Below, piece after piece: positions 57,366 through 64,000 of a stretch of DNA of 64,000 nucleotides. The notes beneath the pieces were generated by a model. It worked only from the letters and a program-made list of their open reading frames with translations. It was not told the DNA's origin and did not search any database. The position numbers and the translations under genes are program-made. Source of the DNA: an uncultured Rivularia sp. (GTDB lineage: Bacteria; Cyanobacteriota; Cyanobacteriia; Cyanobacteriales; Nostocaceae); assembly GCA_963665115.1 (NCBI GenBank), contig OY762007.1:6944001-7008000 (forward strand), in the 5' to 3' direction. Within the stretch, counting starts at the first letter, position 1, and the number at the start of each line of letters is the position of its first letter.

Positions 57366-57392
57366 AAAAGGGACTGGGTAAGTCCCAATCCC
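57366..57392 (-). terminator. Terminator after the DUF1257 gene
   Basis: Minus strand reads GGGATTGGG-ACTTA-CCCAGTCCC-TTTT. Confidence 0.65.
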
Positions 57393-57460
57393 GAGAAAGC
57401 GGGTTAACCGCTATTTAACTTAGTTAACCCGTGCAGCTTTGGGAACGCGCAGAAAAATTT

Positions 57461-57826
57461 CTATTGCAATACCAACTTAACGTTAGCATTTTGCAAACCG
57501 CGCTGCTTGACTTCGGTCAAAGTCTTATTAACAGCATACTTCTGGTTGATGGAATTGATTAACTCGGTCTGGTTGTGCTTCTTAGCAACACCCCAAAGAT
57601 CCGCAATTAAATCAAAGGAACCATCGCTGTTGCGAGACCAACCTAAATCATATTCGCCTTCCAAAACTGCAACGATGTCGGCACGAACGCGCTGACCGTT
57701 ATAACCACGAACATCAGCTTCAGACTTAACGGTGATACCTAAGTCGCTCAAAGAAGACTTAAGAATTTCAGAATCAGTAATTTTTGTACGTAGAGTGCTA
57801 AAGTGAGACATTTGGGTTTCCTCCAA
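57461..57826 (-). CDS. ycf35: DUF1257 / Ycf35-like protein
   Basis: MSHFSTLRTKI, VRGYNGQ and DLIADLW motifs; the true start may be the second Met (57811). Confidence 0.8.
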   Translation of the reverse strand: MEETQMSHFSTLRTKITDSEILKSSLSDLGITVKSEADVRGYNGQRVRADIVAVLEGEYDLGWSRNSDGSFDLIADLWGVAKKHNQTELINSINQKYAVNKTLTEVKQRGLQNANVKLVLQ

Positions 57827-57947
57827 AAAGAAGATTGAGATTAAGACAACGGTTTTTTGGCTAAGCCGCGTTTAAATTACGCGGTTTTTTTATTTGCTAG
57901 CTTTGGGTTCGCTAGCCTTTGCTCCTGCGTTAACAGGAGAAAGCTTT

Positions 57948-59459
57948 TTAAAACTCCATTCGCTGATATTCAGCTACGGAGGCTGCTGCTGGACGCGCTC
58001 GCTGTCTCGCCCAGTCTCGAAGCGCAGTGACTTGTTCTTGCATCGTTCGAGACAGCGGTAAAGTCGCTTTAAGTGCAGCAATAATATCTAGCTGGGTGAA
58101 CTCACGATTTTGGGCAAAAGCTTCGTACATTGCCGCTACTATCGCTTGTTCAATTTCTGCCCCAGAAAAGCCATCGGACATCTTGGATAACTGTTCCAAA
58201 TCGAATCTGGTGATGTCTTTACGGCGCTTATTTAAGTGGATTGTAAAAATATCTTGCCTTTCCTGAGATGTAGGCAAATCCACAAAGAAAATTTCGTCAA
58301 ATCGACCTTTTCTTAAAAACTCTCCTGGCAAGCGTTCAACCCGGTTGGCTGTCGCCATCACGAACACGGGTGATTTTTTCTCTTGCATCCAAGTTAAGAA
58401 AGATCCAAATATTCGGCTGGAGGTTCCTCCATCAGAGTCGCCAGAACCAGAGCTACCAGCAAAGGATTTATCTAATTCATCAATAAATAATATTGCTGGA
58501 GAAATAGATTCCGCTGTTTTGAGGGCATTACGCAGATTGGCTTCACTTCGTCCTACCATTGAGCCATCGTAGACTCGCCCCATATCCAAGCGTAAAATTG
58601 GTAATCCCCATAGTTTTGAAGTGGTTTTTGCGATTAAAGACTTTCCACAGCCCGGAACCCCTAGAATTAACATTCCTTTTGGTTGCGGTAAACCATATTC
58701 TCTCGCTTTCTCAGTGAAAGCATCCGAACGCTGGGTTAGCCAATTTTTTAATTCTTCCAAACCACCAACAGCTTCAAGCGTTTCATCCTCTTCAATGTAT
58801 TCTAATATTCCATTGCGTCGGATTAGCTGTTTCTTTTCAGATAAAACTATATCTACTTCTTTTTCCGTTAGCTGTTTCTTAGTTACCTGAGCTTTACGAT
58901 ATACTTTCTCCGCCTCATCTCTGGTTAGTCCTAAAGCCGCTCTTAATAACTTTTCCCTTGCTTCGGTTGTTAATTTCTTCGCATTTTGTAGACCCAAATG
59001 ACCATCCAGAACTTTATTCAGGTCAGACATATTTGGCAACGGGAAGTCAAGTACCACAACTTCTTTCTCCAACTCGATGGGAACCTGCTGCACTGGTGAC
59101 ATCAAAATTATATTTTTCTGAGTACCTTTAAAGCTGGCGATCGCATCTCGTAAAGACCTAGTTGTTGCAGGTGCATCAATAAACGGATGTAAATCTTTTA
59201 GAACAAATATACCAGGTTCTTTCTGGCGGATAATCCACTCAATCGCCGCTTCCGGAGAAACAGTATTATGTTGAGTTACGCTCCTACCTTGACCATACTC
59301 CACGATACCGTGGGTTACAGTCCATACATACAATCGACGCTGTGGCTTTGAAGATTGCGCGATCGAATAAATTGCTTGCTCGGCCCGCTCTTCCTCGGAG
59401 GTAACAAGGTAGATTAAGGGATATTGAGCCTGAATTAGTATACTGAGCTCTTCTTTCAT
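57948..59459 (-). CDS. ycf46: Ycf46-family AAA+ ATPase
   Basis: YLVTSEEER, GVPGCGKS Walker A, FIDELDK Walker B, LRKGRFDEIFFVDLP. Confidence 0.88.
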   Translation of the reverse strand: MKEELSILIQAQYPLIYLVTSEEERAEQAIYSIAQSSKPQRRLYVWTVTHGIVEYGQGRSVTQHNTVSPEAAIEWIIRQKEPGIFVLKDLHPFIDAPATTRSLRDAIASFKGTQKNIILMSPVQQVPIELEKEVVVLDFPLPNMSDLNKVLDGHLGLQNAKKLTTEAREKLLRAALGLTRDEAEKVYRKAQVTKKQLTEKEVDIVLSEKKQLIRRNGILEYIEEDETLEAVGGLEELKNWLTQRSDAFTEKAREYGLPQPKGMLILGVPGCGKSLIAKTTSKLWGLPILRLDMGRVYDGSMVGRSEANLRNALKTAESISPAILFIDELDKSFAGSSGSGDSDGGTSSRIFGSFLTWMQEKKSPVFVMATANRVERLPGEFLRKGRFDEIFFVDLPTSQERQDIFTIHLNKRRKDITRFDLEQLSKMSDGFSGAEIEQAIVAAMYEAFAQNREFTQLDIIAALKATLPLSRTMQEQVTALRDWARQRARPAAASVAEYQRMEF

Positions 59460-59573
59460 ATATCAACCTACTTGAAACCTAAAGACACTACAGACATCGT
59501 TCATCATTTCAAATTTTAGTCAAATTTTGGCAAAGATAGAATTATGAATTAACTATCCATAATTCGAGCGATA

Positions 59574-59918
59574 TTAACAAGGAACCAACTCTTCGGAGCC
59601 TTCTTGATTAACTTCGCAATCTTGCTCTATCTCGTTGACAGAAACATCCTTACCAATTATTCCTGGCTGATTGCCTAAAGCAACCAATTCCCCTTCACGC
59701 AAGACTAGTGAACTTTCGCAGTTGGGACATTTTGAAACTCTGTGAGTTCTTCCGTAAGAACCTTCGACTTCATCTACCAATTCTGAATTCGCTAGATAAA
59801 ATACGAGGGCACGCTCGGCAAGCTCTGACATTGGTTCGCTCTCAACTGCTGAACGTATTTTTAAACTTTTGTGCAGTTCTGGGGATAGATACAAAGTAAC
59901 TTTTTGCTTAGCTTGCAT
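59574..59918 (-). CDS. Hypothetical protein with N-terminal ribbon-helix-helix-like segment and CxxC
   Basis: KQKVTLYLSPELHKSLKIRSAV..MSELAERAL; KCPNC. Confidence 0.7.
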   Translation of the reverse strand: MQAKQKVTLYLSPELHKSLKIRSAVESEPMSELAERALVFYLANSELVDEVEGSYGRTHRVSKCPNCESSLVLREGELVALGNQPGIIGKDVSVNEIEQDCEVNQEGSEELVPC

Positions 59919-60240
59919 ATAACTATGAATGCGTTCTTACCCGGGTATGTATCTTACGATATCTACTCTCCCATTAGTTGTCAAGACTGCAAAGCGTTTT
60001 GACGCTATTTTTGTAACACTTCTTTACAATGCCATAAAATTAAAGACTAAAACTGGAATGAAGTAGGAGTATGAAAACCAATAATAGAAGGCTTTTAGGT
60101 CGTAAATAGCAGCGTGACGACAAAAAGTTAAAAATAATTTACTTTTTGATGAGAGTATATTTTTCAGGCTTATTTGCCAAAAAACTTCGAGATAGTATCG
60201 CCATGATGGTTGAGAGGGGACACAAACCTGATAGATTTAG

Positions 60241-61422
<1,182 letters not shown>

Positions 61423-61633
61423 CAGTAATGGATTTTTAGTAGTTAGTTGTTTAGTTGTGAAGCAATAGTACTAATTGCTAGCTGCTAAAAATTTCCTTGA
61501 GCTTTGGGCGACGAAGATATTCAGCTTTCTAAAAAAATATGATTGCCTCCGCAATATCCCTTGGCAACAATCTATATTTTTATCAATGATGTCAAATGCA
61601 ATTGTCCTGCTACCTTGTATTGAATAGTTTTGT

Positions 61634-62767
61634 ATGAGAATTGCCTTATTTACCGAAACATTTTTACCTAAAGTTGACGGAATTGTAACGCGCCTTCGTC
61701 ATACTGTCGAACATTTGCAGCGTAACGGCGATCGAGTATTAATAATTTGTCCTGATGGTGGAATAACGGAATACAAGGGAGCTAAGATTTATGGAATTTC
61801 TGGCTTCCCTCTACCCATGTATCCGGAGTTAACATTAGCATTACCTCGTCCGGCTATTGGTGAAGTATTAGAAAAATTTAACCCAGATGTTATTCACGTA
61901 GTTAATCCAGCAGTTTTAGGCTTAGCTGGGATTATTCATAGTAAAATACATAACATTCCTTTAGTAGCCTCCTATCATACTCACTTGCCGCAATATCTGC
62001 AACATTACGGTTTGGGAATGTTAGAAGGATTGCTTTGGGAGTTACTTAAAGCAGGCCACAATCAAGCTGCTTTAAATTTATGTACTTCAACGGCAATGGT
62101 AAAAGAGTTAACTGCTCGCGGCATCGAACGTGTAGATTTGTGGCAGCGAGGAGTTGATACAGAATTATTTCATCCAAGTCTTGCCAGCGAGCAGATGCGT
62201 CAAAAATTGTCGCAAAATAATTCAGAAGCTCCTTTACTACTTTATGTAGGGCGCTTATCTGCTGAGAAAGAAATTGAGCGGATTAAGCCGATTTTAGAAG
62301 GTATTCCCGAAGCTAGATTGGCTTTGGTAGGGGATGGCCCCCATCGCGAAGCCTTAGAAAAACACTTTGAAGGGACTAATACTTATTTTGTCGGATATCT
62401 TACCGGGACGGATTTAGCTTCAGCTTTTGCTAGCGCTGACGCTTTTGTGTTTCCTTCTCGTACAGAAACCTTGGGATTAGTGCTATTAGAAGCAATGGCT
62501 GCTGGATGTCCGGTTGTGGCAGCACGTTCCGGAGGCATTCCAGATATAGTCACCGATGGAGTCAACGGATATCTTTTTGAGCCAAAATCTGATGATGCTG
62601 GTGCGATCGCCGCGACAATGCGTCTTTTAGAACAAAAAGAAGAGCGAGAAGTTATTCGTCAAAATGCTCGTCAAGAAGCTGAACGTTGGGGATGGAGTGC
62701 TGCTACTCGTCAGCTACAAGATTTTTATGAAGGAGTTGTTGATTCTCAAATACCGAAAGCGGCTTAA
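61634..62767 (+). CDS. sqdX: Sulfoquinovosyldiacylglycerol synthase (GT4)
   Basis: TETFLPKVDGIV, SYHTH and ETLGLVLLEAMA motifs; follows sqdB. Confidence 0.9.
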   Translation: MRIALFTETFLPKVDGIVTRLRHTVEHLQRNGDRVLIICPDGGITEYKGAKIYGISGFPLPMYPELTLALPRPAIGEVLEKFNPDVIHVVNPAVLGLAGIIHSKIHNIPLVASYHTHLPQYLQHYGLGMLEGLLWELLKAGHNQAALNLCTSTAMVKELTARGIERVDLWQRGVDTELFHPSLASEQMRQKLSQNNSEAPLLLYVGRLSAEKEIERIKPILEGIPEARLALVGDGPHREALEKHFEGTNTYFVGYLTGTDLASAFASADAFVFPSRTETLGLVLLEAMAAGCPVVAARSGGIPDIVTDGVNGYLFEPKSDDAGAIAATMRLLEQKEEREVIRQNARQEAERWGWSAATRQLQDFYEGVVDSQIPKAA

Positions 62768-63170
62768 TTAATTTTTAATCAAGTAGGGGCGCTGGCAGAA
62801 AACCCGTTCCTACCTATGCAGCTATATTTTTCTCAAAATCATTTTCAACAAGTAAATAATTATGATAATTATAAAATCTCAATCCTAAGTATTGAAAATA
62901 TTTAAATCTTTAACTCTTATAATTTTGCGATAAGCGCGTTTGTTAACAGCACTAATAAATAAAAAGACGTTTGTAGTTGCATTTATAAAATACTCATAAT
63001 ATCTGCTTTTTCATCCAAAAATAGATCGATTAGATTCGTTTAAATAAATAACCAACCAAGCATCTGCATTTATATATAGTTATAAATTGTAAAAATTAGA
63101 TTATGATTCTGGTGTAAGTATAAAATTGTACCCAGAATCTAACCTCTATTATCTTGAATTTATAATTCCC

Positions 63171-64000
63171 ATGACACTCTTAAATCCAGGTAGCGTACTA
63201 GCTACGTTAACTGAACTGACTCAAGTTAATCGTACCCACGCTCTATTACGGCGTGTCAAAGACCTCTCTGTTAATGAATTTGTTTGCTTGTTGGATTTTA
63301 TCACTGCTGAGTTCCAACAGTTTATTAGAGCAATAGAACTGATAAACAATGAAGCTCTAGAAACAATGTTGGAGAAAGTACTTGAGGCAATTACGCTCAA
63401 AATCGGTCAAATTCTTCAAGCAGAACATACTACTATTTTTCTAGTTGACCATGATAAAGGTCAGTTATGGTCAAAAGTGCCGCAGAATAATGTTAATAAG
63501 GCATTAGAAATTCGTACTCCCGTTTCGGTTGGAATTCCCGGTCATGTTGCAAGTACCGGACAATATTTAAATATCGCTGAAACAACAACTCATCCTTTGT
63601 TTAGCCCGGAATTAGAAAAGCAATTAGGATATAAAATTGACAATCTTTTATGTATGCCAGTTGTAAGCAGCAAAAATGAAATTGTTGCTGTTGTACAACT
63701 CGCAAATAAAGCAGGGGACATTCCTTTCGATAGTGAAGATGAAACCTGTTTTCGGGAATTTGCCGCAAGTATTGGGATTATTCTTGAAAGCTGTCAGTCT
63801 TTTTATGTCGCAGCACGCAATCAAAGGGGTGCAACAGCTCTTTTACGAGCTACTCAAACACTCGGGCAAAGTTTGGACTTAGAAGTAACTTTGCAAATAG
63901 TTATGGAACAAGCCCGAATTTTGATGCAAGCAGATAGAAGTACGCTATTTTTGTATCGTAAAGAAATGAGCGAACTGTGGACTAAAGTAGCGGCTGCTGA
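63171..64000 (+). CDS. cyaB1: GAF-domain adenylate cyclase, CyaB1-like (5' part; runs off the window)
   Basis: My translation gives MTLLNPGSVLATLTELTQVNRTHALLRRVKDLSVNEFVCLLDFITAEFQQF, then tandem GAF domains (LANK..F..ED motif). Confidence 0.8.
   Translation, partial: MTLLNPGSVLATLTELTQVNRTHALLRRVKDLSVNEFVCLLDFITAEFQQFIRAIELINNEALETMLEKVLEAITLKIGQILQAEHTTIFLVDHDKGQLWSKVPQNNVNKALEIRTPVSVGIPGHVASTGQYLNIAETTTHPLFSPELEKQLGYKIDNLLCMPVVSSKNEIVAVVQLANKAGDIPFDSEDETCFREFAASIGIILESCQSFYVAARNQRGATALLRATQTLGQSLDLEVTLQIVMEQARILMQADRSTLFLYRKEMSELWTKVAAA

Noticed and set aside
60012..60028. Possible NtcA site TGTAACACTTCTTTACA between the RHH-like gene and sqdB
   Set aside because: Spacing is GTA-N9-TAC rather than the canonical GTA-N8-TAC.

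Overview
A 64 kb chromosomal segment of a filamentous cyanobacterium, probably Nostocales (inferred from psaD, ndhD, sqdB/sqdX, ftrV and cyaB1-like genes, GCGATCGC HIP1 sites, and abundant heptamer STRR and short dispersed repeats). Most of it is housekeeping: uxs/ugd, cinA, mutL, add, purA, rplY, zur, purS/purQ, psaD, thrS, ndhD, thrB, ycf46, sqdBX and several sensor kinases. The main accessory feature is a defence-like island at about 28.5-37.3 kb between purQ and psaD. Its rightward operon encodes a small 74-aa ORF, a Cas4-like PD-(D/E)xK nuclease with four Fe-S cysteines, and a long prokaryotic Argonaute with an apparently intact DEDD tetrad. A divergent XRE-HTH plus ImmA/IrrE metallopeptidase pair faces it across a 19-bp palindrome. 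Uma2 genes flank both arms, and a CHAT-STAND NTPase that looks truncated lies next to the island. Eight genes, including purQ, carry single +1 insertions in short homopolymers that are most likely sequencing errors. No rRNA, tRNA, CRISPR array, integrase or transposase was recognised.
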